Source: Pseudovirgaria hyperparasitica (lineage: Eukaryota). From it: 64,000 bases of DNA. The notes below the pieces were generated by a model. That model searched no databases. It had not been told where the DNA came from and saw only the letters and a list, made by a program, of their open reading frames with translations. Made by a program: the position numbers and the translations under genes. Within the stretch, counting starts at the first letter, position 1. Every line of letters starts with the position of its first letter. Below are positions 28,698 through 42,599 of the stretch, one piece after another. The stretch is from NCBI GenBank assembly GCA_010093815.1, contig ML996572.1, one strand, 5' to 3'.

Positions 28698-31600
28698 CTA
28701 GATTATTACTATTTATACGTGCTAGTAATTTAGTACGGCTAGGATAATAACACCGAGTATAACTAGTAGTCCTATAATTATAGTAAAACGTACCCGTAAG
28801 CGTCTTGGGTTTAGGGTAAACATTAGCTTTATAGCCGATGTTCTAATAGTTATTATATATAAGTATCGACCCTCTTGGATACTTAATAGACTTATGTCCT
28901 TCGACGTTATATTTATAGTAGACTAGCGGCTTACGGGGCTTAGTACTATCGGTAGTTTATTAATCGCTTTATTCTCCCCTCTCTCTAATACTAAGTATAG
29001 AGCGACCATATTAGGGATTAGATATATTAGAGAGTAGAGGGAGGCCATCTAGGTCGGGGGTCGTGCACGTGTATATCGCATGAATCTTAGAGTACTTATT
29101 CTATATCTCGCTAAGTACGCCGTCTAGAACTTTCTACCTCTTAAGAGATATAAAGTTAGCGATAATAACTATTATCTATTTAGCGCGCGTGATAGTAACG
29201 ACATTATGGTTTACTTCCGAGAGGAAGCCGAAGCGATTGGTTTAGACCGGGTTAATAAGGACTATATTATTATTATAACCCTAAGAACCGTCCTATGAAC
29301 GCTATTAGATAAGCTTCTATACCGGCTTAGGTAGGGCATTAAATCGAGCTTTATCCGCTGCGATAAGTATAGTTAGAAGCGAGTTCCTAACTATCCCTTT
29401 AAATAGATCACGTTAGGCGGCGTATATAGAAATATAGAGTACGTAATCGAGTGCGACGCTATAACGGAAGAGCTTAGTAATAATCTACTAAGTGAAACGT
29501 AATAAGTCTATGTTATATATTAAGTTATTTACCGTGTACGCGTGATCCCTATCGACGTTAGCATATACAACGTGTTAATAACCGCGGATTCCAAATATTT
29601 ATCGAACGGTCTCTGCGAGTAGTATATCGATATTATTCATTATATAGGGCGAGGTCGTTAGCTCGCCCGAGTAAGTAATTAGCGATATAACGTTTATTAT
29701 TCTAGAAACTAAGCGTTCTAACTCGGTAAGGCAAGTAGTTAGGAAACTATATTATATCTAGCGCTTTATAAAGGAGATCCTCTAGTTCGCGGCCTATATA
29801 TTAGTACTATTACACTAGTAGGTGTCGAGCTAGCGTGGGTCGCCGACGTAAACAAATATTAGTTACCATTCTATAGTAGTGTAATTAACGATAATTCTAA
29901 GTATATTACTTTTAAGGATACGCGTAGCCTCTTCTATTATAACTAAAATCGGATATATATTACGGGCTACCTTAGTAATATTCATAATATATAGGGTCCC
30001 TATATAAATCTAGGCGTAGATAGTAACTAGGTTCTAGGTAGCGAGGTATAGCTCGTTCATCCTATTATGCTCCTCCTTAGGCATGTCCTTATTATAAGTA
30101 TAACGTTTATAGATAGTACGTAATGGCCGAGCCGTTTCTTTCTCGAAATTCTTAGGGATCTATTTATATTAGTATTAAGATTTAACGAGTCCGATAACCT
30201 CGAGTATAATATAACTAGTATATAGTTTCTATAGATGAGTACGGGGATCCGTGCTATATTCCGATAGTTATTTACTATAGTCGGCCTAGGCTTACGCGAG
30301 GATAGTACCGCCTATTATATCGTCCTAGGTTAGCCCGATAAGAGGGTCGCCGCGACGAGATAGTCTAGCTATAGTAAAGAAAACCTCTTAATTAACGGCT
30401 TCGGGGCATCTTTAAAGAACGACCGGTATCTTTAGAGACTTATAGTAAGTAAATATATTACTTATATATTCATATGCTTTTCTTATAGCGTCGTCGTAGG
30501 TTTCGTTAGTTAGGCCGATAATAATATATATGTATATCCTATATATTTAGGTGGAACCTAGCGTAGGGAGGTGCGCTATCACATCGCTAGATAGGATGAC
30601 TACCTTAGTAGTATAAGCGATGATAGAAGCACCGTTCATTTTATTAATTAGAAGTGTAGCTAGTAGTAGACAAAGCCATAAATGGCTCTTCCTAGCTCCT
30701 CCATAGCCGTGAAGTAGGAACTAAGCCCTAAGTACATCTATCGCCTATGTATAGGTATACTATTATTAGGGAGATAGTTCCGAACGTATAATATCCTAGA
30801 GATTATAGAATCTTTTATAATCTTTAACGTAGCGGTTATAGTCGACGGGTTAAAGATTTAGGTAGTTATTACTAAGTATTAGGTCCTATATAGAGGGTAG
30901 TAAAGGGGATAGGACACTAGAGTAGACTTTAGATAATATTAGGAGTGTATGTATATCGGCGACGGGGCTAGTAATGGAACCTTCGTCGCTAATAACATCG
31001 TGACTATGTTCTATATTCGTGTCCTTATTATTATCTAGGGATATAGATAATTTAGAAAGAGTAATAAGGGTATCCTAAGGCTCCGTACTATAATCTAGAA
31101 TCTCGTCGTTAGGGTTAGGGGACCTATACATTAGAGATATAGATACCGAGTCTATAATAACATTAAGGACCATCGTATTAAATGCATTCTAAGCGGTGTG
31201 GTCGTCTACGCCGCCGTCTCTAGAAGCTTATACGGCGTGGTAGGTTAGTTTCTAGCACGTATTAATATATTACTTAGTAAGCTTATTATAGGTTTATACG
31301 CTAACTAAAGCCGGAACGTCCGTAAACCCTATAAGCGTAGTAAGGGACAACCCGATCGTACTTAAACTAGTATCGCTAGTCCGAATAAAATATTTAGGAC
31401 GAGCTCGAGTTACATTAGTAACTATATCCATTAATATAATCGGTACCTTAGATACTTTAGGAGAACGCCTAACCTTATTAAAGACTTTTAGAGCGAGGCA
31501 TTCGAATAGGAGGACGCCTAGGTAAAATTAAAGGACTTTAAAGCGGTATACGTCGTTATTATAATCCTTTGAATCTACTTTAAGGTACCCACGACTACCT

Positions 31601-32692
31601 AGTTCTATACGATGGAATCCTTTCGCATCAATGGGATAGACGATAGCTAAGAGCGCCTAAGTAACACCTAAGAGCTAGATATACCTAACGGTAACGTCTT
31701 AGAATTAGGATAATAGAAGATCCGCCTATTCGTCTTATAAGGTACTTATAGCGATATATATTAGGTAGTTAAATTTCTTATCGAATAACTCGCGGTAGAG
31801 AATAGAGATCTAGGGCTAAGTGTCCGGCCTACTTATTATACCGTATTATATATAGGGAGTAGTAACTTCTATATACCATGAATTAATCGGATCGCTCTCT
31901 AGTTTAAGCTTATTATTAAAGCCGGTAAGATCTATAGGGTTACGTAGCGGTAGTAAGATACGAACTATAGTATAAGTACCTAGATCTTCGAAGAATTACT
32001 TCACTCGTTCATATATTATATTAGGTCCGACATACAACGGGATAGTAAAACCTATACTAAGAAGCTTACTAGCTATAAGTTTAATAATCTAAAAGTCGTG
32101 AGGGTCTTCGTAGAGGCCGGTGTTAATATATAGTATATTAGCTTTATCCGCTTCGCTTATAATAAGATTAGGAAGTTTAGAAAAATACTCGATAAAGTCG
32201 TCTACTTACTTAACCTTAAAGATCTATACTATAGGGTAGTCGGATAATAGGAGGATATTAGTACGATTAAAGCGGAGTAAGCTTATTAAGGATACTAATT
32301 TCCCTTTATTAATCTATTAGAAGCGAGCACGTAACTTAATCTAAGAGCGGTACTTAGAGAATTCAAGGAATCTATATATATAACTAATTAACTCTTCGAA
32401 GCCGTGACCTTTACTATAAGCCTTAAATACTACTAGCTTAAGCTCGGCTTGAGTTTTCGCTTATTCCTACTTAAGTCCATCTATTTCTCTACTAATACCA
32501 TAGATATTCCTAAAGGTTAACTATAGATCGCCCTATATAAGAGAGATCTAATAGGTGGCGTAAGTAGAAACGGGAGCCTTACTACTTTGGACCTTCTTAA
32601 GTTTATACTCGTCGTTAGGACGGTAGTTACCGGTAAGTATACTAAAGACGAGTGGTTTATTATCGGTCGAGACGGTAGTCGTATCGTAAGCT

Positions 32693-33000
32693 TCGACTTA
32701 AGCGTAAGGCTCGGCTTAAACGTAAGGCTCGGCTTAAACGTAAGGATTAGCTTAAACGTAAGGATCGGCTTAAACGTAAGGCTCGACTTAAATATAAGGA
32801 TCGGCTTAAACGTAAGGCTCGGCTTAAACGTAAGGATCGGCTTAAGCGTAAGGCTTGGCTTAAACGTAAGGATCGGCTTAAGCGTAAGACTCGACTTAAA
32901 CGTAAGGCTTAGCTTAAACGTAAGGCTCGACTTAAGTATAAGGCTCGACTTAAACGTAAGGCTCGACTTAAACGTAAGACTCGGCTTGAACGTAAGGCTT
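32693..33000. repeat. 18-bp tandem repeat (about 17 copies), EPHVQA-like in the helicase frame after back-mutation
   Basis: (CGTAAGGCTCGGCTTAAA)n variants, in register with the minus-strand helicase frame. Confidence 0.9.
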
Positions 33001-34249
33001 AGTTACGTCGAGCGTAGACTAGTTCTAAACATCGCCAAATATAACGAGTTCTTAATCTATATTATGAACTATAAATATAACCTCGTTAACTATTATATAG
33101 AATAGACCTTAAGGATTAATAGAGTCGAGTTCGACGTAGCGTTTATATATAGTCGTAATTAACACGGAATAAAGTATAGAAGGTAAGATTTAGGTTTAAA
33201 AACCAAGATAAGTAGAGAAAAGGTTTATAGAAGTTTTCTTTTATAATATAGGGACGACTAAAGGAAGCTAAGATTAACATAGGCTAAAGTAATAGTAGCT
33301 TAAGTAGTATATAAAGTGGGGTAGTATACTACTATTATATGAGTCTAGTAGCTTGCCGACTAAGTATATAGTACGTTATAGAAGGCTATCGAATCAGGGC
33401 TTAGGTGAATATAGGTATAAGTAAATAGTATTATATGAAAGTTTAACCGTCCGACACACTAACGCCATAGATACCGAGCCTATCTTCTAAATTCTACGGT
33501 AACTATCTCTTCTAGATAGTAAGATATTACTAGCTATACCTTACCTATTCTATTTATAGTAGAGATACTATATATCCGTTAGTATACTAGCGCACGTATC
33601 TAACTACCGCTTAAATATAACTTGCCTTATACTATAATACGTACTATTAAGCTAATATTATACTAATATTCATGGGTTCGTGTCTATAAACTCCTCTCCC
33701 GTAATATCGAAACCGGTAATATTATCTAGCGATAGGACTATATAAGAAGGAGGCGGACTTAGTATGTCTAGTTATATATAGACTTCTACTATCGCCTTAA
33801 TAACTACTATGCCGGTAGGCGCTTCCTCCCCGGCCCTAAATGGTATATAATATTAGACTTTTACACGTTCGCTCGAACTCTTAAGCGTACTAGTATTATA
33901 TATCGATTTATAAGGCGATTAGGTTATAATCGCTAGCATGTTAATATCGACGGGTAGAGTAGACGGGACGGCGGCGCTCGACTCTCCTAATATAACGTTA
34001 GCTAGCTAATAATATAATAGGTAAATATACTAGTCGCGTCGTTATTAACGTCTATCGTTTAAGTAGGTGAAGCATCGACTATATCTATATTAAGTGGACT
34101 AGGGCGTACCTATATACTATTAACGAAAGACCTAAATCTAGTAAGGTATCCGCCGTGTATATAATACTATACGTAACTAATAACCGAAAACCTAAGATAT
34201 ATAAATAGTATTATGTCCACGGAAGAGCGACGGTATTATACCGGTATAT

Positions 34250-35900
34250 ACTAGATATACCGGCATATATTAGTATACACCGCTTAGTAGTCGTAATATA
34301 TCGATATATACCAATATCTATCGGCGTATATATATCTCGAGCTTACCTACGCGCGCTAGATAGATGAATCCCGCTACTATACTCATAGCGCGACGTTCCT
34401 ATATAGTTAGATTATAGTTAATACGTTATAGTAGGCTTCTAAATATACTGTTTATATCGCCCACGCGGAAAACCACCCGATCTAGTCCTAAGCCTAGTAC
34501 CTATTTAATAGCCTACTATAATACCTAGTCTAAACTATCCTTACGAAGGATTATATTACTTAACTCGCTTAGTAGAATCGGGTACTCTAGGTAGACGCGA
34601 CCATGCCTATAACCGTCTACTTCCCCTAGTGTATCTATAGACAAGCTAATAAATTCTAATAGTTTATTTATACTAAGACCTACTATATCGTGTATTTTTA
34701 TACCCTTAATATTTAACGGCGTCGTGCTATTCTATATAGCCGTTATTAGTACTAGGGTAACCCGAGTACGATCGTGGATAAGAACTATAGGTATATATAT
34801 ATAACACGGCGGTACGGCTACCTTAGAAGATATAGATACTAGTAGTCTGATGGTCGAATAACTAGGTTAGCTAGATATATTAGGCGGGTTCGTAGGGTAT
34901 ATATAATATCACGACGGCTCGTCTAGCCCGGGGCATCGTTTTAATGTATACGATAGTATTTAGCTAACCGCCGCTAGTTATGCGTAAATACTAAGAATAT
35001 AGTATTAAGTTAATATATAGCATCTACCCGTGAAATAGTATAACTACCGTTAATAAATACATATTTATCCGCAACTATCTATAGGTAACACTCTCATTTT
35101 ATATGGTGGTCCTTTACTTCCTTACTACGTAGGGTTAGTAATAGGCTAGTAAATTCCTCCTAAATTAACTCTTCTATGTATACCCGAAGTTTCTACCTAT
35201 CGGACGCTCTAAATATATAAAGTAGGTCGAGACTCGCTTCTACTCGGCTATTTATTTGCGGCTGGCCGGACGTAGCTATAGATAGATAGAATAGAGAATA
35301 GTATATATTACTAGGGTAATAGAGAGACGAGACATGTATACTATATAATAGGCGTAGGTATAACACGTACGTTACGGCTATATTAACGCGAGTAGTCCAC
35401 ATAGTTATTAGTAATAACTTATTAATTTAATAGAGGCGGGGAAATATACGGCCGGCATCCGATCCCGCACTAATATAGAGCACGTGAAATAACGACATTA
35501 AATATATAATACTCTATATATAACGTTAAGTTTACCGGGCGATGGCCCTACTCCGGTAATACTATCTATATACGATAAAAGAGTAGCGTAGTATATAGAC
35601 ACGATAGAATAGTAGGCCGTCTTTACGACTACATGGATCTACCGCTAAAGAGGAATACTATGAGATCTAGTATATACTATTATAAATATACTATTATCTA
35701 TTATATTCAGGCATACTAACTCGGCGTACGCGAAATATAGATAACTACTAACCTATTATAGTTCGCTATCGTTCGAAGCCTAACGAGTAGAACCGAGAAA
35801 TAAATAGTAGAAATAGTTAGATATAAGAGTTTTTAGCGATTAGGGGATAGTCTAGATAGCTTAAGGGAAGGATAGAGGACCTCCGCAAAGCATGTGCTTA
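34250..35900 (-). pseudogene. RIP-degraded unknown ORF
   Basis: The frame containing ORF 35193-35402 continues for several hundred codons with essentially only RIP-type stops. Confidence 0.35.
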
Positions 35901-36829
35901 TGCGATATTAACATGCGAATATTTAAGAGAAGTATATAATACTAACTATTATCTCTATAATAGGTCGTTATCGATTAGTACTATCATTAAGAAGAGATAG
36001 ACGAGCGTAACGACAAATAATCATAGTAGTAAACCCTTATATTAAACACGAATAATGCGACGCATTAGTACGGTATATTTATCTATTATAAGAACATACA
36101 TCTAGTTACCGTAGTTTCTAACGGTCTATATAAGAACGTATATATTAATAATATAGTAATATAAGTCTAACTATACTTATAAGGCCAGGGAAAGAATAAA
36201 GGAAGAGAAGAAGAAACATTAGAAGGGGGAGATACTTAAGGAAGACGTTTCCCTAGTAAGAGCGTTATATACCCGGCACTTATTCATTAATAGACTCGTC
36301 ACGTACCTAACACTTACTTAACCATAGACTCGTTATATGCCCGGTATCTAACGAGGCATAAACGCGAATAATAAAAATATTAGAATCGGGTGCGAGCTAG
36401 GTCTAGTGGGCCTAGAGACATAGTTCGGATTTTAGGGTATTAATACATATAATCTATCTATATTAGGTTAATACTATCCGTGTCTAGTTCTACCCGTAAA
36501 CGAGGATCCTTCGAGTTCTATATACCCCTTTTAGAGGCGTGGAGTTTTTATACTAGCTAGTAATTATTAGGTAATAAGGAGATGTATCCCTAGATACTCC
36601 TTAGCTAAAATTATAGATAGTTATTAAATATAAGCCTTTTATAGAACTAATCGTAATAAACCACGATTATTCCTTAGAGATATTCTAGTATAGGATACGA
36701 CTATCGAGTGCTACTATATATAAACCATAACTTCCGCTATATACCGGCATATGCCGGTATACTACGGTAGGTAGCGGTAGATAGTAATAGACTTACGACA
36801 CGCGCCCGTGTTTTAATACTATAGTTACG

Positions 36830-39800
36830 TTTTATCTATTTATAGCCTAGAAGTCTAGATTATATACCTCGTTATAGATCCCCTAATTACTATATATATT
36901 TAACTAGAATAAACTATCCGTAACTAACTAATATAATATAATCTATATAGGGCGTAGAATATACTCTAGCTCGTAGACACGGAACCTATCTATCGTATAA
37001 GTCTTATTACTAGACCTTTAACCCGCTATATATAATAGTATAAGGCTACTAATAGTATTAACATTACCTCTATCTAAGTTATTAAGTAGTTTAACTAACG
37101 TACCTAGGAATCGCGCCGCTATACTACTAGTTACGTCGATACTCTCTATATCGTATACCTCTAGAAATATATAGACTTTACTAACCCGCTTCCCGTTAAG
37201 GTGGTTACTACTCTCGTTAAACTTTTATACTATTATATAATTCTCTCTAGCCTTACCACTCTTTTACTAGTTATAGGTATACCTTACCCGAATCGGGTCG
37301 AAGGCCTCTATAGATATATCTCTATCTAGTTATATCGGTACGTACATGGTCTCGTATATATAGATAGGAAGGACCTATGCCTACGAAGGGTCCTTTTTAA
37401 TACGTTCGATATTTGTACCTTTCGATATATTATCCCTAATAAGCCGATTACGATAGTTACGTATAAAGGGTATAACTATATTAAGTAATATAAAACTACT
37501 ACTATACACGTTATAGAGGTTACTAATAGTGGTCTAGTAGGACGTAGATAGTCTATGGCTCTATAAGACGTAGAGTATATATTTACTCCGGCGTGGCTCC
37601 TTTAGAATACGCCGCTAGCCGACTAGCTTACGTGCATTATCGAGCTGCTCTAGGCTAGGGGCCACTAATATACTAGTACTAGCCGCCACCTCTATACTAC
37701 TAGAGATTTTAGTATTCGTCGTGCGTATATCTACTACTAGCATCTACTATAGAAACGTCTCCCTCTTATTTAAACCTCGATATAATTCCTTTACTATAAT
37801 ATAAGATTACTCTAGTAGCTCTACCGACATTAGATGTAACGAACTATAGTGTTTAATGGTATTAACTAGGTACGATAATATATGGAACTTCGGAAAGTTA
37901 AAATGATTATCCTCCGATTTATCTCCACGATATAGTATAAACTAGTATTTTAGATCGTCTAAGCGTAATATAGCCTCTTCTAAGTATGCTAGTATCTACG
38001 TATCATGCGTATGGTACGCCGCTAACATGTATATATTAATAACCGCCCGTACTACGCTTAGGAAGTATTAATTATAACATAGGAGCGGTTTAAACGCGAC
38101 TATAAACACTACTAGCATACGCTTAAACATCGCCCCCGTCCATTATATTACTAAAGTTATATATATAAGTAGGTTATAACGACCGAATACCCTAATAGAC
38201 GCGAATCGCTTATCAATCGCCTTCTTTACTCGTTCTATAGGGGGTATACTAGTAAATACACCCTTTAACTTATGTCCCGTACGCTCTTAATTAATAATAT
38301 ACGAGACTATCTAATTAAACGTGTGTTCTAATATACCCTTATATAGTTGATATAGAATATCCGGAGCGACCGCGCGGTATATATTAACTCTAGTAAGTAA
38401 CTAGGCGAAATTATCTAATGGCTCTATCCACCTACTAGAATACCGACTCTTAACCGATTAGCGAATATAATGGCCCTATACTACTAGCGCGAAAGACGTC
38501 GACGAAAACAATAAGATACCGGGTACACTCGTCCTATTATCTATCTTACTACTAGTATACTTACTACCGTAGCTATTAGTTATTAACTCGCGATATACAC
38601 GGTAAATCTATTTCTATAACGACGAGTATATACGGAACTCCTATATACTAGTAATAGCTTCTCATAGATACTATCGTCTGTTACTAGGGACTATATATAT
38701 TAGATATGTATACTAATAGGATACACCCGTAACAAGCACCTACTCCGGAAAATCTATAATATATAAAGCTAAACGCGGATAGCACTTACGCGAGCCGCTA
38801 TCGGTATATAATACTAATACTCTAGTACTCTATATAGCCTATAACGCTATATAATAATTAGTATAGTTAACGACTCTATCATAGGCGGATATACGGGCTA
38901 GAACTTTACTTATAACCTAATGGAACATAAAGCGATTCGCTACCGTTTCTAGCTTAACTACTAGTAATAGAGTAAGTAGTAGAAATAATAGTAGACTCCT
39001 AGATAAGCGGACGTTTAGTAGTAGATTATAAATAGATAGGTAGACTAGCCATGCTACTCTATTACTACTATGGTTAGTAAGGTTCGTCTTATCCGAAGAT
39101 AAAATAATAGGGACGATAATGGTACTATCCGGAATAGTAGCGTATATATCCTACTAACTATCTACTATATAGGCTTTACTATATACCCGGTCGCCTAAAC
39201 TAGTAAATTATCGTACCGGCTTAAATATAAGCTTACTAGTAAACGGTTAGTACCTAAGGAGGAATTCCACTAACGTAAGCAGATCCCTATACTAGTATTC
39301 GACTATAGTAGTGCCGAATATATCGTAGCTACACTACTAACTTTCGTACGGTATCCCTTTAGAGTAGTATAATAACTACTTACGTACGATATTGGATTTT
39401 AGTATAAAAAGGTCGGGGGGTATAGCGGAAGTCTATTTAAGGATAGTAGTTAATTTATTATATACTATATTCGAAATACCAAACTAATTCGTCTATATTA
39501 TAAGGCGCTCTATAAACTTACTATCGAATTAACCGAATCGGGCCTACTAAATTAGTTACTACTATAAACCTAGACTATATATACTTACGTCGGATAGATT
39601 ATCACGTCTACTCTAGTCTACTATAATATATATACCGCTCTTCTCTTCGAATGTTTTCGTTAAATATATAGTACTAGACGCCCTCGTCGCTATAGATATA
39701 GTATTTCTACTATATATATTAGACTAATATACTAAATCGGTACTATAGCTACTAGTAACGCCGTCTATAGATTCTAGGTCCGAAATAGGATTAGAGAAAA

Positions 39801-39950
39801 TAGTAGTATCTTTATATAGGGTAATATCAGTAGTAGAAGTACCTAATTCTATAGGCTTAGACTCCTAATTAACGCTTAACGGCTAAATACTAATAGAGCG
39901 AACTAAAGAGTTCCATCGACTAATATAACTATAAGTACTAAAGCCGCGCC
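36830..39950 (-). pseudogene. Plavaka transposase, RIPed
   Basis: Minus-strand motifs PIILSSDKTNLT...AW[P]VYLSI (about 39030-39110), APDIL[H]QLYKG (about 38340-38370), IDKRF (about 38205), HFNFPKFH (about 37880-37905). Ends approximate. Confidence 0.88.
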
Positions 39951-41919
39951 GTAACCCGGTCGATAGTAGTAGCCACGGGCCTAATAGTTATAATAATAAT
40001 AGCGATACGGTAAGCCGTGCTCATCTATACGGTTCCGAGTTATAGTGCCTACGGATTATATAGTATATACTACTAATCTTTCTACTATAGTATTAGTAGG
40101 AGACTACGGCCCGTGGCATCTCGAGGTGTAGTTACTATAAAGGAAAAATACCATAGTATAATTATTAGTAGATAGTAATAATACGGCATACGGCGGATAT
40201 TCTAGGCGTATACTAGAAGAAGTTAGATGTAAGCCCGTCGAAAGCCCGATATATACCTACTAACCCCCGACTTCTACCCGGCTCTTAGCCCCTTAATTCC
40301 TATACACGCTTACTTAAAATTATTAATAATAACGCGTAAGCATCACGCGTCTATAAAAATACTATATTAGTCTACGCCTAAACCTTTATCGTGTCTACTA
40401 GCTAGTTATTATCCCGCTATCTAATGTTATCGCCTAGTAGGTTACCGACCTATTACTAATAAAAATATCTACTAATCTCTTATATATCTTCTCTATAGGA
40501 CCTCTAACACGGAAGATGGTTAAGGGACTATCTAGCTACCGTGGCGGTAACACTAATAGAAGATAATCTAGTAACTATAGTAAACTAAACGGGATAGGTA
40601 AACGAAGATACGATATAACGTAGACACGTATTAGTATTAATAATAGAGACTTACACGATAGCCATTAATATAAAAAACGTATATATATACACCTAGCTTA
40701 TCTCGACGCGTTCGTTTATCTACTAATAACCTAGTAGTCTAGGTATACCGGTAGCGAATGTAGTAGTAACGCCCTATATAGCTTAGATATCACGGTAATA
40801 TCCTACCGTAATAGTAACTAGGGATATAACGGCCTTACGTCCTCTCCTCTACTATATTAGCTATCTAGCTTAATAGAAGAAGGTGGAGAAATAGTAGTAG
40901 AGAGGGAACTAACTATCCGTGAAAAGAGGCGGTCCTATAGAGATAGTCTCTAGCCTTATAAACGAGACCGGTACCTTACGATAATAGAGATTTCGATCGC
41001 CATAACGTTTTTAGGCCGGTTACTACCGGTATTCGATCGCCTTAATATATGGCTAGATAGTAGTCTAGATAGTTTTAGGATACTAGTATAATCGGCCTAG
41101 ATAGCCGCCGGAGATATTAATCTTAGTGGCTACTACCTTAATTATAATTCATAAAACACACCTCCCGCCCATGTTATTACGCTAGTAAAGGAAGATATAA
41201 TGGACTTCCGTTACTAACTCCTCTCTAGAGTTAGGTAGATAGTATCTAAATACTAGGACTAGGAGATAGCCGAGAAGAGAAAAGCTAGTATAAGTAACCT
41301 AATACGTAATAACGCGTATATAGGAGTAAAGGTATATTACTTACGTCGTGTTAGACGTGTTACTAATTATTAGTATAATACTAGCGTAACTCGGAAAATG
41401 TTCGTAGGGCTAGTAATAATTAAGGCTCTAAAGTTAGTTCTACTATAGTCCCTAAGATTCCTTAGATCGAAGGAGTACTATAGTAGTATATTCTAACCGA
41501 TTCTACCATCCACGATTACTATTATATATATTATAATAAGGCATGCCCTTAATAAATATAGTAGCGGGCGGGCGCCGAACTCGTCCTTTAGTCGCTATAG
41601 ATTCGTACGCTCTCTACTAATACTAGGTATATATATATATCTTTATCTAATCGCGTACTAAATTATATAGAGGAATAGCGAGCGCTAAGCCTAACATGGT
41701 CGAACTAGGCGCCCTACCACATCAACTACATTTAAAAATCGCTAATAGTATTAGTATTTATAGTACTAACACTAATCAACCCGGATACTATATATATAAA
41801 CCCATATAAAGATAACCTAGATAACTTCTCTAAAGTAGATATAGATAACTTAGACGAGAGCGAGGAGTCTAAGCTATCGGGTAATATAAGTATATACTAA
41901 AGTTATAGAGGCTATATAG

Positions 41920-42232
41920 TGTGGAAGGCCGCTCCTGCAGCCCCATATGTATGTGTCCCTGGCTCGATCACATGGCTCATTATATATTTAAGGAGGGCGT
42001 TTTCCTTGGTCATTCTGCTCGGCACGCTTCCCCCATCACGAATATTCGATAATTCGATCTTTCCTTATGTTCATGGGCCTCTATAGGTATTGATTATTAG
42101 GCTTAGCTATTGATAAATTGATTGAGAAGAACTCATAATACCTGGGAGAGATACTTGTGAGTTCGTCGCGACTACTATACTAAGAACACAGCCATTTATA
42201 AAAAGGGACATACGTGGCGATAGCTTATCATA
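41920..42232 (+). repeat. 5' LTR of copy 2 (313 bp)
   Basis: Direct repeat of 52902-53214. Confidence 0.95.
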
Positions 42233-42236
42233 ATTT

Positions 42237-42253
42237 TAGAGGTCGTACCCGGA
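42237..42253 (+). promoter_or_regulatory. Primer-binding site, probably tRNA-Gln (also at about 13775-13791)
   Basis: TAGAGGTCGTACCCGGA back-mutates to TGGAGGTCGTGCCCGGA, resembling the complement of a fungal tRNA-Gln 3' end. Confidence 0.6.
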
Positions 42254-42599
42254 CGGCGAACTTACAGGGGGAGATTAGGACTCCGAAACTAGCTCAGGGG
42301 AAGTATATGGCGTGCCTAATAAGGCAGTCTAGACTTACTAGATCGAAGCTACGAGTCCGGAAAACAGGGAGTCCGGAGTCGCTAGGGGCTAGCCTCTTAA
42401 AAGTAGCCGTAAAAAGCATGCGCATGCTAACACGGGTGATAGCGCGACTCGAAAATGTCTTAGGGGAATGGGATATAAAATAGGGCCAGATGAAGCAGTA
42501 AAGAAGAGTTTAAAAACGATAAATATAACCTGTTTAGTGCTACCATAGCTGTTATTCATAAATACGGCCACACGAGTACACCACTTTAGGAACGCCTCA

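Larger units (their letters stand above)
28000..33150 (-). pseudogene. Upf1-like (DNA2/NAM7, SF1B) helicase, about 1700 codons, RIPed
   Basis: One minus frame carries ordered motifs: Walker A HGYGGA[G]KS (30685-30711), Ia G[P]TNET[C]D, II EEA (29926-29934), III GDPR[Q]L (29827-29844), YAA[Q], DGS[Q]G...GFL, VI TRAK (29179-29190). Ends approximate. Confidence 0.85.

Noticed and set aside
32587..33105. + strand ORF with LGLNVR repeats, suggesting an amyloid-like protein or a long + strand gene from about 28.5 kb
   Set aside because: It is the in-register antisense shadow of the minus-strand helicase, which has ordered catalytic motifs.
24840..41919. Starship or Helitron
   Set aside because: No tyrosine-recombinase captain or HUH Rep motif was recognised. 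The helicase is Upf1-like, not PIF1-like, and the transposase motifs are Plavaka.
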